NCBI GenBank assembly: GCA_024278215.1
Contig: JAJRTR010000052.1
Location: 46,303 to 66,302 of the forward strand
Direction of reading: 5' to 3'
Length of the DNA: 20,000 bases
DNA from: a bacterium
GTDB taxonomy: Bacteria > UBP15 > UBA6099 > JAJRTR01
Position 1 is the stretch's first letter; each line of letters opens with the position of its first letter. The notes under the pieces are model-generated. The model saw only the letters and a program-made list of their open reading frames with translations. It was not told the DNA's origin and searched no databases. Below are positions 1-10,131 of this stretch, in pieces. A program made the translations under genes and the position numbers.

Positions 1-157
1 GATAGCGAAGAAAATACTGTGGAAAAACGGAATAGTGATAGACGCGGGTGATGTCGGCGGCTCGAGCTGGAGGAACATGTCGCTGGATATCGGAAGCGGA
101 AAGTTGACGATTAGAACTGTTGATGGTGAATACGACCTTGTGAAGGCTATCGCTTGA
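1..157 (+). CDS. cheD: 3' end of chemoreceptor glutamine deamidase CheD-like protein (5' truncated by window)
   Basis: Frame from nt 2 reads IAKKILWKNGIVIDAGDVGGSSWRNMSLDIGSGKLTIRTVDGEYDLVKAIA*, stop TGA 155-157. Matches the CheD C-terminal pattern L..xxI.xxDVGG..xR.+.+D..xG; followed by a CheY-like gene. Confidence 0.75.
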   Translation, partial: IAKKILWKNGIVIDAGDVGGSSWRNMSLDIGSGKLTIRTVDGEYDLVKAIA

Positions 158-229
158 ACCGTATATTTCACCAATACGGGTTGAAGAGCCGCTTGCAATA
201 GCGGCTCCAGGGGACAACCATTCAAGGAT

Positions 230-691
230 ATGCTTGTCATGAATGATATGATGCTGATAATGGATAAAACCGACGATACAGGATTTAAAAACGATATGGC
301 GGGATTACCGCAGGATGCGCCCCGGGCGCGGGCGCGTATTTTGTTGGTGGACGATATTGCAGCGATCAGGAAAAGGCTGCGCGAGATACTTGAACCGGCG
401 GGATATGAGATCGTCGGTGAAGCCGAAGACGGCTACGAAGCTGTAGCTATGGCCGGCGAACTGGTTCCCGATCTCATATTGATGGACATAGTGATGAAGA
501 GAATGGACGGTCTTGAGGCGACAACGAAGATTTCAAGGTCGGGAGTAAAATCCAAAATAGTGATGTTCACGCAGGAAGCCAGACCTTCTTCCGTCATAAG
601 GTGCATGAGAACAGGCGCTGTGAATTTCGTGATAAAACCGTCAAACGAAAAACAATTGCTGCGAGTCGTCGAAAACGCCCTGAGACAATAA
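230..691 (+). CDS. Single-domain CheY-like response regulator (true start may be a later ATG)
   Basis: Receiver motifs ILLVDD, PDLILMDIVM (phospho-Asp), DGLE, IVMFT, GAVNFVIKP; no output domain. Confidence 0.9.
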   Translation: MLVMNDMMLIMDKTDDTGFKNDMAGLPQDAPRARARILLVDDIAAIRKRLREILEPAGYEIVGEAEDGYEAVAMAGELVPDLILMDIVMKRMDGLEATTKISRSGVKSKIVMFTQEARPSSVIRCMRTGAVNFVIKPSNEKQLLRVVENALRQ

Positions 692-978
692 TATAATCGT
701 GTATAAAGGTACAGAAAACACCCCCGACGAGTTCGCATCTTCCAATTTACTTTCATCATCACCATTTTGTCTTTGCATTGCTGGCCCCGACCGGTGCGCC
801 GCGGTTTGCGGGTGTTTCCATTATAGTGTTGAATTTACAGAAGATTTACGATCAGATATGCTCTGAAGCGCAGGAGCGAATAAACCATGGATAAGTTGGA
901 CCGATTGCAGGATTTCAGTTCCTCCGTGACCGGCTTTGAACGTGATCCTGCGACAGGCTCAAATGTTGGAGAATAAAT

Positions 979-2853
979 ATGCGGGAAGTTGTGGACCTTG
1001 AACTGTTTTTTGATTCCATGCCGGACATGATTGCGATTCTGGACACGGATTTTAAGATTATCCGTGTCAACAGAGCAATGGCCGCCAGGTTGGCGACAAC
1101 GCCGGGAGATTGTGTCGGGCTGACGTGTTACTCGACCGTGCACGGAACGGAGGAGCCGCCGGCCTACTGCCCTTTCAAGAAGTTGTTGGATGATAAGAAA
1201 CCACACAACGTGGAGATATCCGAAGAGCGACTTGGCGGCGAAATGGAAGTATCGGTTATCCCGTTGAAGAAGGAATCCGGTGAGTTGTCCGGCTGTATCC
1301 ATATAGCGAAGGATATAACGGAACTGCGCAGAAGCAAGAATGAACTCGAAGCGGCGGAATTACGAATGAGGACCATCATGGAGAATGTGCCGGTGGGTAT
1401 TTTCCGCAATACGCCGGGGAGCAAGGGCAAGTTCCTGATGGCGAATGTCGCGCTGGCGAGAATGTTCGGTTTCGAGACTGTGGACGAGATAATGAGTGTC
1501 CCCGTGGAAAGTCTTTACGCCGAACCCGAAAAACGCAAAGAATTTTCCGATAAGTTGCTTGCCACGGGAGACGTCAACAGAGAAAAGATACTTCTTAAAA
1601 GGCGAGACGGCTCCGAACTGACCGCGCGCATTTCCGCGAAAGCTGTAGCGGGAGAAGATGGGGATATAGAATATTTCGACGGTATAATTGAAGACATAAC
1701 AGTGCAGGAAAGCTTAAGGAAACAGTTGATTCACTCCCAGAAAATGGAATCGGTCGGCCGGCTGGCGGGCGGCATAGCCCATGAATTCAACAATATGCTC
1801 GGAGTTATTATGGGCAACGCCCACCTGGCATTGATGGACCTGAAAAAGGGTGATGCTTTTTATGATGAATTCATTTCAGTGATGAAGGCAGCCGAGCGCT
1901 CGAAAGAGATCACTATGAAGATGCTTGCGTTCGCCCGCAAGGACAAACTGGTCGTTGCCGAAATCAATGTTGTAGACATCATTAAAGACATCACGCTGAT
2001 GCTTGATAGAAGCGTTTCCAAAAAAATCGAGATCACAAGCCGTACGAGCGATGTTTATGTGGAAGTCGATATCAACCAGATTCAACAGGTGTTGCTGAGC
2101 GTGTGCAACAACGCCGTGGACGCCATGCCGGGCGGCGGTCGGCTCGTGATCGAATGTGCCGAGGCCCGTTTCGAGCGGGATGTCCGCATCCACGGCGACA
2201 CGCTCGGCAAAGGCGACTATTGCCGCATAAGGATTTCAGACAACGGGGAAGGGATTCCCGCTGATATTCTGCCCGGGATTTTCGATCCTTTCTACACGAC
2301 AAAAGAGACCGGAGCAGGCACCGGGATGGGGCTTTCGATAGCGCACGGAATTATCGAAAATCATAACGGGCGTATTTTTGTCGACAGTCGTGTGGGGCAC
2401 GGCACGGATGTCGAAATATTTCTGCCCGCGGTCGCCGGACCTTCAAAAGAAGAGGAGTCGCGTAAGAAACAAGAAAACGTAAAACACGGTCTCGAAACCA
2501 TTCTTGTCGTGGATGACGAGATATTTATACTCGAGATGATGGGCAAAATGCTCTTCAGGCTGGGATACACTGTCAAACTCGCCGGTTCCGGGCGGGAAGC
2601 CATAGATATTTACAGGGAATCCCCGGAAAAAATCGATGTGGTAATTCTGGATATGGTTATGCCCGGCATGGGCGGGCCGGAAGTATTCTCTGCGCTGAAA
2701 AAGATCGATCCCGACGTTAGAGTGATAGCAGCATCCGGCTACTGCGTAGGCGACCAGGCGGAAGAACTACCGGCAAACGGCGCGAAAGTATTTATTCAAA
2801 AGCCTTTCGAGATTCAGGAACTTACAAAAGCGATCAGGGAAGTACTGGCGTGA
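979..2853 (+). CDS. Cytoplasmic hybrid sensor histidine kinase (PAS-PAS-HisKA-HATPase-REC)
   Basis: Two PAS/PAC repeats ending in DIT; H-box QKMESVGRLAGGIAHEFNN; N-box NNAVDAM; G1 DNGEGI; F-box IFDPFYTTK; G2 GTGMGL; C-terminal receiver ILVVDDE...VILDMVMP...KPF. RBS GGAGA upstream. Confidence 0.95.
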   Translation: MREVVDLELFFDSMPDMIAILDTDFKIIRVNRAMAARLATTPGDCVGLTCYSTVHGTEEPPAYCPFKKLLDDKKPHNVEISEERLGGEMEVSVIPLKKESGELSGCIHIAKDITELRRSKNELEAAELRMRTIMENVPVGIFRNTPGSKGKFLMANVALARMFGFETVDEIMSVPVESLYAEPEKRKEFSDKLLATGDVNREKILLKRRDGSELTARISAKAVAGEDGDIEYFDGIIEDITVQESLRKQLIHSQKMESVGRLAGGIAHEFNNMLGVIMGNAHLALMDLKKGDAFYDEFISVMKAAERSKEITMKMLAFARKDKLVVAEINVVDIIKDITLMLDRSVSKKIEITSRTSDVYVEVDINQIQQVLLSVCNNAVDAMPGGGRLVIECAEARFERDVRIHGDTLGKGDYCRIRISDNGEGIPADILPGIFDPFYTTKETGAGTGMGLSIAHGIIENHNGRIFVDSRVGHGTDVEIFLPAVAGPSKEEESRKKQENVKHGLETILVVDDEIFILEMMGKMLFRLGYTVKLAGSGREAIDIYRESPEKIDVVILDMVMPGMGGPEVFSALKKIDPDVRVIAASGYCVGDQAEELPANGAKVFIQKPFEIQELTKAIREVLA

Positions 2854-5800
2854 GAAAGCCGGACATGGGAAAAAAGACACGCGAAAAACCGGAAACAGGT
2901 GCGCCGGGCGCCGGCGCGTCCTCCGCCGGGAGAGTGCTCCGCCTGAATGTCATGCTGCCGATTATTATCTTTGTCGTCATGGGTATGTCATTTGCTGTAA
3001 TAGCGATCTTTCAGGTCGGTACCAATGCGCGACGGGTTTCATTGGATAAACGCATCATCGATGCCGAAACCAACTACAACTATATGCTGGAGAACGACAC
3101 GAATCGCCTGGGCCAGACTATCGACGCGATTATGCTGAACAAGGACATCAGGGAGGCGCTTATCGCAAAGGACCGCGAAAAGCTTTTAGCTCTTTCCGCA
3201 TCCCAGTTTGAAAATTTCAGAGACAAGTACGCGACGACACACTTCTACTACATGCTTCCGGATCGTACAGTGTTGTTGCGTGTCCACAACCCTTCGAGAT
3301 ACGGCGATGTCGTGGACAGGCTGACAACGCTCGAGGCCGCTATCACTGGTAAGCCTTCCAGCGGTATCGAGTACGGCCCTTATCACACCTTTACGCTCCG
3401 TGTGGTGCATCCCTGGTATGTCGGTGATGAGTTGATCGGATTCGTGGAACTGGGCGAAGAGATCGGACACATCGCGCCGACCCTGGCGCAATTGCTTGAT
3501 TGCGATTTCATCTTCACGCTTTCCAAAAAGGGGCTGGACCGCGCAAAGTGGGAAGAAGGGCTTCGCATGATCGGCAGAACAGGCGACTGGGACCGTTATA
3601 AGTCGATTGTAGTCACCGGGCAGACACGAAGAAGCTTTTCCGATGCCGTTCGTGCCAGGATAGAACAATTATCAGGAGTGCACAAGAAAGGGCAGCTCGG
3701 CATTCTGTTCGCAGACGGCAACAAACATTATGGGATAGGCGTTTTCGGAGTTCGGGATATGGAGGAGACCGAAAGAGGACACATGGTTGTCCTGGTGGAC
3801 CTGACCCGTGATGTCGCTTTCGCAAGACGCGTAACCACCATCCTTTTGCACGTGCTGATCGGCTCTTCCCTGCTTCTGCTGCTGCTGCTTTCGCGGTTCC
3901 TGCGAAGCGCGGAAAACACTATTGTAGACTATGAATCGACGTTACAAAGAAACAGCGAGGAACTTGTTTTGCTCAATATGCAGCTTCGTGAAGATATCGA
4001 AGTGCGGAAACGGCTCGAAGAAAAACTTGTCGAACGCTCGACGGAACTGGACCTGATCTTCAACAGCGCGCCTGTAGTGCTCATATTGACAGACGGCAAC
4101 GCACGCATCGAGAAATACAACAAAGCGGGCGCTGTGCTGATGGATTGCTCCCCGGATAATGTCTCCGGGAGGCTCTGCGGCGATGTCTTGAAGTGTGTGA
4201 CTACCGCCGACGGCACGGAATGCGGCAGTGGTGAGGCATGCTCGTATTGTCATTTTCGCAATTCCGTCGAGGAAACATACAGGACGGGGAAAAGTATCGG
4301 TCCGATTGAAGTTGAACTCAACATTGACGACGGAGAGGCAAGAAGCGTCCGCTACTATATCATCAACACATCATATATGACATTGGGCGGTGAGGGGAAA
4401 GTCCTTATCTGTCTTTCCGACATAACGGAACAGAAAGCCATACGCGACACGCTGCAAAAGAACGATGAGCTTCTCAGGGATTTCCTGGACAGCGCAAACG
4501 ACATGATTCAAATCGTGGCTCCGGACGGAGGCATACTATACACAAACAACGCATGGCGCGAAACACTCGGATACACAGAGGAAGAGGTAGCCTCCCTGAA
4601 TATTCGGGACATAATCCACGCCGACAGCCTGCCCCATTGCATGGAATTGCTGGAAAAAATGTTTTCCGGCGAAAATATTGACTTTATTGATACCGTGTTT
4701 GTTACAAAATACGGCGACAGGATTGATGTCGAGGGGAATATCAACTGCCGTTTTGAAGAGGGCCGCCCCGTGTCCACAAGAGGCATTTTCAGGAATGTCA
4801 CAGAACGGAATATGATGCTATCCGAACTAAGGGAGAGTGAATCCAACCTTAATTCGATTATGGAGAATTCTCCCAACATCATTTCCTTGAAAGACATTAC
4901 GGGAAACTATATTTTCGTAAACAGGGTTTTCGAAAAAGTATTCGATATATCACGTGACGACATTGTAAGCGGAAACGATTACAACCTGTTCCCGCCGGAA
5001 ATCGCGAGCGTCATCAGGAAGAGCGATATGCAGGTTGTGAAATCCGGAAAGCAGATGGAATTCGAGGAAACTGTTTTCGTGGGCAACAGTCTGCAATCGT
5101 ACCTGACAGTAAAATTCCCCATCCTCGACAGTTTGGGAAATTCTGTTGCTATATGCAGCATGGGAACAGATATATCTTCGCGAAAAGAGATCGAAGACGC
5201 CTTGAAATCCCTCGCCGGGGAAACTGCTTCATACACCGGAGAGATGTTTTTCAAAGTCCTTGCGAAAAGTCTCGCCCGCGTTTTCAGCGCAAGATACGCG
5301 TTCATAGCCAGGTGCGATCCGGACAGGCCGGATAAAATCAGGACGATTGTCTTCTGTGATGACGGCAGGTATGTGGAGAATATCGAGTATGTGCTGGAAG
5401 GAACTCCCTGCGGTGAAGTATGCAAAACGCGCAGAATCGTTCTTTATGCGGAACACGTGCGGAAACACTTTGTAGATGATGAATCACTTGCGGATTTAAA
5501 CATTGAAAGCTACCTTGGGGCTCCTGTCCTCGATGCTTCCGGTAACCTGTGCGGTATCATAGCGGTCATGGACGATTCGCCGATGAGGGGTGTCGAAAGC
5601 AAGTTTTCGATCATTGAGGTTTTCGCCATGCGGACCGGTGCCGAGATAGACAGGCTGGACATAGAAAAGGAACTGAGGAACCAGCAGGATATACTCGAGG
5701 AAACTGTCGAAGAGCGCACTGCCGAACTGGCTGTTCTCAACGAGCAGTTGAGCCGGTTCTCCCGGAAATTGATTCGCGCCCAGGAAAAGGAACGCGCTAA

Positions 5801-6398
5801 CCTGTCGCGGGAGTTGCACGACCAGATCGGGCAGCTTATTACCGCTCTTTCCATGGGGCTGCAATGGCTCAGGATACAGCCCGGACTGGACCAGAATCGC
5901 GTGACCATGCTGGCCGACATAACTGAAAAGATATCCATTGAAACCCGCCGGATATGCAAGGGGCTGCGGCCTCTGGCGCTCGACCGCCTCGGCTTGCTGA
6001 GAGCAATTGAAGAGCTGACCAGGGAAACTTTTGAACACTCGGGCATCAACCCCAGTGTTTCAATCAGAGGTATCGACGAAGACAAAATACATCCCGATGT
6101 CGAGATCGACATTTTCAGAATTGTACAGGAAGCCTTTACGAATATAGTCAAGTATTCCGATGCCGACAATGTTTTTCTGAGTTTTTCCATGGAAAATGAG
6201 GAATTGATATTGTGCATCAAAGATGATGGCGTAGGTGCCGGAGATGTTAAGACACATAAGAGAGGTCTGGGCATTATGGGCATGAAGGAACGCGCGGAAA
6301 TGTTCGGGGGATCACTGGTGGTAAGTTCCGGTCCGGGGAAAGGAACGGAATTATTACTGCGAATTCCGTTTGATCGCACAACAGACGGGGAATATTAA
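2850..6398 (+). CDS. Membrane sensor histidine kinase, Cache-like periplasmic domain + 3 PAS + GAF + HisKA_3/HATPase (NarX/UhpB class)
   Basis: Two hydrophobic TM segments flank a Cache-like region (LRVHNP...YGD...R.T). PAS repeats end in DITE/NVTE/DISS; GAF segment (GTPC...SYLGAP...GIIAVMD); ERANLSRELHDQIGQ H-box; FRIVQEAFTNIVKYS; DDGVG; GLGIMGMKERA. GTG start overlaps the upstream stop (GTGA). Confidence 0.93.
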   Translation: MRKPDMGKKTREKPETGAPGAGASSAGRVLRLNVMLPIIIFVVMGMSFAVIAIFQVGTNARRVSLDKRIIDAETNYNYMLENDTNRLGQTIDAIMLNKDIREALIAKDREKLLALSASQFENFRDKYATTHFYYMLPDRTVLLRVHNPSRYGDVVDRLTTLEAAITGKPSSGIEYGPYHTFTLRVVHPWYVGDELIGFVELGEEIGHIAPTLAQLLDCDFIFTLSKKGLDRAKWEEGLRMIGRTGDWDRYKSIVVTGQTRRSFSDAVRARIEQLSGVHKKGQLGILFADGNKHYGIGVFGVRDMEETERGHMVVLVDLTRDVAFARRVTTILLHVLIGSSLLLLLLLSRFLRSAENTIVDYESTLQRNSEELVLLNMQLREDIEVRKRLEEKLVERSTELDLIFNSAPVVLILTDGNARIEKYNKAGAVLMDCSPDNVSGRLCGDVLKCVTTADGTECGSGEACSYCHFRNSVEETYRTGKSIGPIEVELNIDDGEARSVRYYIINTSYMTLGGEGKVLICLSDITEQKAIRDTLQKNDELLRDFLDSANDMIQIVAPDGGILYTNNAWRETLGYTEEEVASLNIRDIIHADSLPHCMELLEKMFSGENIDFIDTVFVTKYGDRIDVEGNINCRFEEGRPVSTRGIFRNVTERNMMLSELRESESNLNSIMENSPNIISLKDITGNYIFVNRVFEKVFDISRDDIVSGNDYNLFPPEIASVIRKSDMQVVKSGKQMEFEETVFVGNSLQSYLTVKFPILDSLGNSVAICSMGTDISSRKEIEDALKSLAGETASYTGEMFFKVLAKSLARVFSARYAFIARCDPDRPDKIRTIVFCDDGRYVENIEYVLEGTPCGEVCKTRRIVLYAEHVRKHFVDDESLADLNIESYLGAPVLDASGNLCGIIAVMDDSPMRGVESKFSIIEVFAMRTGAEIDRLDIEKELRNQQDILEETVEERTAELAVLNEQLSRFSRKLIRAQEKERANLSRELHDQIGQLITALSMGLQWLRIQPGLDQNRVTMLADITEKISIETRRICKGLRPLALDRLGLLRAIEELTRETFEHSGINPSVSIRGIDEDKIHPDVEIDIFRIVQEAFTNIVKYSDADNVFLSFSMENEELILCIKDDGVGAGDVKTHKRGLGIMGMKERAEMFGGSLVVSSGPGKGTELLLRIPFDRTTDGEY

Positions 6399-6425
6399 CA
6401 TGACGTTATTGGTTTGGAGAAATAT

Positions 6426-7064
6426 ATGATAAAAGTATTAGTGGTCGACGACCATGAGCTTGTAAGGGCGGGCATCACCATGCTGATTGATGCTATAGAC
6501 GACATTCATGCAGTTGCGGAAGCGGGAACCGGCCATGAAGCCGTGCGGCTTTGCGAGAAAGAAAAACCGGATGTTGTCCTTCTCGATCTCGATCTCCCGG
6601 ATATCGACGGTTTTGAAGTTACGCAGCAGATTCTCGCGATGAATCCCGATGTGAAGATTCTTGTGCTGACTATGCACGACAGCGAGGAGTTTTCCGAGCG
6701 GATTATGAAAATGGGCGCTGCGGGCTATATTATAAAAGGAATATCTCCCCAGGAATTGCCGAACGCTATAAGGAAGGTCTACAGCGGTGGCAAATACGTC
6801 TCGTCTTCGATAATGGAGAAAATGGCCTTCAGCAAAATTGATAAAGATAAGGAATCGCCTTTGCAGCTATTATCCGACAGGGAACTCCAGGTTCTCATCA
6901 GACTCGCGAAGGGAGGAGAACAATCGGAGATAGCCGACGAGTTGTGCATCAGCATCAGCACCGTCGGCACTTACAGGCAAAGAATATTCGACAAGCTTGG
7001 TTTCAGAAACATTGCGGAACTGGTTCACTTTTCCATCAGAAACAAAGTGATCGATAACTTTTGA
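6426..7064 (+). CDS. NarL/FixJ-family (UvrY/GacA-like) response regulator, REC + LuxR HTH
   Basis: MIKVLVVDDHELVRAGI, PDVVLLDLDLP, LSDRELQVL...IADELCISISTVGTYRQRIFDKL. ATG 6426 preferred over TTG 6414 because GGAGA lies just upstream. Confidence 0.95.
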   Translation: MIKVLVVDDHELVRAGITMLIDAIDDIHAVAEAGTGHEAVRLCEKEKPDVVLLDLDLPDIDGFEVTQQILAMNPDVKILVLTMHDSEEFSERIMKMGAAGYIIKGISPQELPNAIRKVYSGGKYVSSSIMEKMAFSKIDKDKESPLQLLSDRELQVLIRLAKGGEQSEIADELCISISTVGTYRQRIFDKLGFRNIAELVHFSIRNKVIDNF

Positions 7065-7082
7065 GTTTTATACCTAACGCGG

Positions 7083-7340
7083 CATGACCGGAACCAAAAA
7101 GGTCGCATTTTCGTGCCCAAACAAATGCGGTTTGAGCACGGCACACGGTCTATAGTTTGAGCACGGCACACAGAGGTTCATCGTTCCTGCCATCTATCTA
7201 TTTTTCATCGTTCCCAGGGTCTTCATTGGAAACGCCTTTACTGGAAGTTCCAGCTTCCACCAATCTCTTTTTCATCGTTTTTTTACCATCCTGCGTAGCA
7301 TTTCATATGTTCAGGCAGGGTACGGTGACCCCGCCTACAC
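7083..7340. repeat. Cluster of REP-like palindromic/dispersed repeats between convergent genes
   Basis: 37-bp segment 7104-7140 is the exact reverse complement of 14803-14839. 17-bp direct repeat GTTTGAGCACGGCACAC at 7130-7146 and 7155-7171. TTCATCGTT recurs at about 7177, 7204 and 7271. Degenerate palindromes CGTTCC..GGAAACG and GGAAGTTCCAGCTTCC. Confidence 0.7.
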
Positions 7341-7395
7341 TAAAAACGTCAATACAAAGTTGATTCGTGTATAATTATCCGTTTTCAATTCTTAT

Positions 7396-10131
7396 CTACT
7401 TTTCACCATTTTTCTGCAATTCACTGAGTGTACCGCCGATACCTTGATCGTCCAGCAGTCGCAGGACCCCCTTGCTGATCTGGTCGCCCTGAGCAGCAAT
7501 ATAGACATTTGAGTTGATGAGAATGTCTTCCCTTGTCATTTCGGTAAGGTTCCTGGCGAAATCGGCGTCTTCGATGCGACTGTTGGCTGCCATGAGGTTT
7601 ATCTTCTCGACGCTGAGTTCGTCCATAACATGATAAAGTTTTCTCTCTTCGATGCCCATCGCCGCCCTGAGGTCGGACACATTATTGATGGCGTCATTGA
7701 ATTTTTTGATGGGGTCCATTCCGGTCTGTATCATAAGAGAGTCTATCTGCGGGGAAACCGAAGGGGTATAGCTGTAGACATCGGGAGCCACCACAAGATT
7801 AGCCGGCGTCGAGACCATAGTGCCGCGCACCTGTACATAAGGTTTCCCGGCGGGTGTCGTGAAGTCTGTCACACCGGAGCCGGCGGTTATAAGCTGGTCT
7901 GTCCAGTTGATGCCGTCGGAGCTTGCCCATACGTCGAATCCTGTTACTGCGTCATTGGTAACGCCGACAATACTTGCATCTATATTATCACCCACATAAG
8001 CGGGGTTGGTTCTGTAGGAACCGTTCGGCAAGTATTCGAAGAACCTGTGGCCGGTAATTTCATTGTTCCAGCCGGGATTGCTGTCAAGACTGTCCGCGAT
8101 CTGGGTTGTACCGTAGAAAATATCCATCTCATTTACGGGGCCGCCGTCTGTCCTGCCGCCGCCCATTACACGTTCGACATTCGACATGCGGAATGACGCA
8201 TCCGGCTGTGCATTGAATTTAATAGTGAATCCATCCATCTGTCCGCCGGTTGCCATGTCGCAGTAAACTTCTTCATAAGCGCCGGCCTGCGTTATATCCG
8301 AGTTCGGTATCGAATCATAATTAGTCCTGCTTCCGGTTACTCCATAAACGCCGTCCCGGTATCCGGACAACCCGGCACTTAATGCCGGTTCTCCGACACT
8401 ATCTCCCTGGTCGCCGGTCCAGTCTGTACTGAGCGTGGTTATCTCGTCGATAGTGACAGCGCCGCTGCCGTCGAATACGGAAAAGTATGATTGCCATATC
8501 ACACTGCCCAGCGCGCCCCCGCCCCAGTACCTGACGGAAACTGTATAATCGATCGAACCGTCCGTCTGTGGATTCGCCGTGTTGACACTTATAACAATGG
8601 AGTGTGTATTCGCTTTATCGGGAGAACTTGTTGTTTTTACATCGGTGCCGAGTTGCAGATATCCAGGGTTTCCGCTTGGATCGACATCGACCATGTTGTT
8701 GAGACTGCTCATCCACTCCTGTTGCGTGTCGATCAGGAGTGCTGCTCCGGTCCGGTCCGTCAGCTTGAGATTCGAGAGCCCCAGTGCATTCGCGTGCAGA
8801 TTCAGGGCCGAGAGGTTGTCTCTCCAATTATCGCCGTTATCTGAGCCAATCTGGATCGAACCGGGGTCCGACAACTGGAGTGAAAGGTCGGTGACGGCCG
8901 GTGTGCCGTACTGTACTCCGTTGCTGTTAAGCGTAATCTCGGCCCGCAGGTATCGCTGATTGTAGTCAAAAGTAGCGCCGTTGTCGGTTATGGGAAGGGC
9001 GGTCCAGTCGCCGGGGAAAGCGGGATTGCCCGTCGCGCTTTCGTAAAGAACGATCTGCGCGCCCTGTCCGCCGGTGATAATGGAGTTATAGTTGAGAACC
9101 GCCTGTCCGCCTGATGTTCTCGTGTCGATAGGGGCGGTGTAATAGGATGCGGGGTTGGCAGCGATGTCTGTGAAATATTGCGAATAGAAAACCGCCGGTC
9201 TGGTGTCGCCAAGGAGCGTGGAGCCGAAATACATTGCTACCGGTTCATTGTTTCTGTTTGTAAGCTGAAGGTCCCATTTCGAGCCGACATCGACCTCTAT
9301 GTCGACAGAAGCGAGTGTGCTGAAACTATTGGTGGCGGTTCTGTCGAAGGTAATTGTATTGCCTGCAATTACACAATTGCTGGCGTTCGAGAGGTTTGCT
9401 CCCGCTTCGAAAGTCAGCGTTCCCTTCAACTGGCCGGTACCACCGACAGTCTCACCACCGATATAGAGTCTTGCGGTATATTTTCCTGTTGTCGGGTCGT
9501 AGCCGCTGCCGGGGGCGCTGCCGTCTACCCATATATCCATCGTGTCGTCATTTATGTCGCCTATCGGATTGTTCCAGTGTGCCTGTGTGTTCCAGTCCTG
9601 ATATGCGAGCTGCACATTGCCGGGTGCGCTGTTCAGGTCTATTAAAGACGAGTCGTAAACAGCGTTGGCGGACGCCCAGTCGGCCTGGGAGTCGAAAGTA
9701 TATTGTTGGCCTGTCGCTCCGCTCAGCAGTTGTTTGCTGTTGAATGTAACCGTTTCGGAAAGCCTGTCGATTTCGGCGAGGATGGAATCGACTTCGTCCT
9801 GCATGTCCTGTATGTCCGACGAGGATAGAGTGGCTTCGTTGGATGCCCTTACGGCCAGATCGCGGCCCCGCTGCAACAGGCTGTGTATCTCTTTCATGCC
9901 GCCTTCCGCCGTCTGGATCATGGATAAAGCGTCCTGCGTGTTCTGTATCGCTGTGTTTAATCCGCCTATGGTGGCACGCAGATTCGAGGATATGGCTATT
10001 CCGTGCGGGTCGTCCGCACCGCGGTTTATCCTTAGCCCCGACGAAAGTCTTTCCTTTATCGTTCCTGTTTTAGTGAAATGAGCTCTTCTGTCGTTATTAT
10101 TGACCATGGCCCAAAGACTATTGATTTCCAT
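7396..10131 (-). CDS. Large divergent flagellin-family protein (911 aa)
   Basis: N-terminal ERLSSGLRINRGADD...NTQDALSMIQTAEGG..EIHSLLQR.RDLAVRASN...IDRLSETVTFNSKQLLSG; C-terminal AINNVSDLRAAMG...AANSRIEDADFA...VLRLL. RBS AAGGGAGA upstream. Confidence 0.93.
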   Translation of the reverse strand: MEINSLWAMVNNNDRRAHFTKTGTIKERLSSGLRINRGADDPHGIAISSNLRATIGGLNTAIQNTQDALSMIQTAEGGMKEIHSLLQRGRDLAVRASNEATLSSSDIQDMQDEVDSILAEIDRLSETVTFNSKQLLSGATGQQYTFDSQADWASANAVYDSSLIDLNSAPGNVQLAYQDWNTQAHWNNPIGDINDDTMDIWVDGSAPGSGYDPTTGKYTARLYIGGETVGGTGQLKGTLTFEAGANLSNASNCVIAGNTITFDRTATNSFSTLASVDIEVDVGSKWDLQLTNRNNEPVAMYFGSTLLGDTRPAVFYSQYFTDIAANPASYYTAPIDTRTSGGQAVLNYNSIITGGQGAQIVLYESATGNPAFPGDWTALPITDNGATFDYNQRYLRAEITLNSNGVQYGTPAVTDLSLQLSDPGSIQIGSDNGDNWRDNLSALNLHANALGLSNLKLTDRTGAALLIDTQQEWMSSLNNMVDVDPSGNPGYLQLGTDVKTTSSPDKANTHSIVISVNTANPQTDGSIDYTVSVRYWGGGALGSVIWQSYFSVFDGSGAVTIDEITTLSTDWTGDQGDSVGEPALSAGLSGYRDGVYGVTGSRTNYDSIPNSDITQAGAYEEVYCDMATGGQMDGFTIKFNAQPDASFRMSNVERVMGGGRTDGGPVNEMDIFYGTTQIADSLDSNPGWNNEITGHRFFEYLPNGSYRTNPAYVGDNIDASIVGVTNDAVTGFDVWASSDGINWTDQLITAGSGVTDFTTPAGKPYVQVRGTMVSTPANLVVAPDVYSYTPSVSPQIDSLMIQTGMDPIKKFNDAINNVSDLRAAMGIEERKLYHVMDELSVEKINLMAANSRIEDADFARNLTEMTREDILINSNVYIAAQGDQISKGVLRLLDDQGIGGTLSELQKNGEK

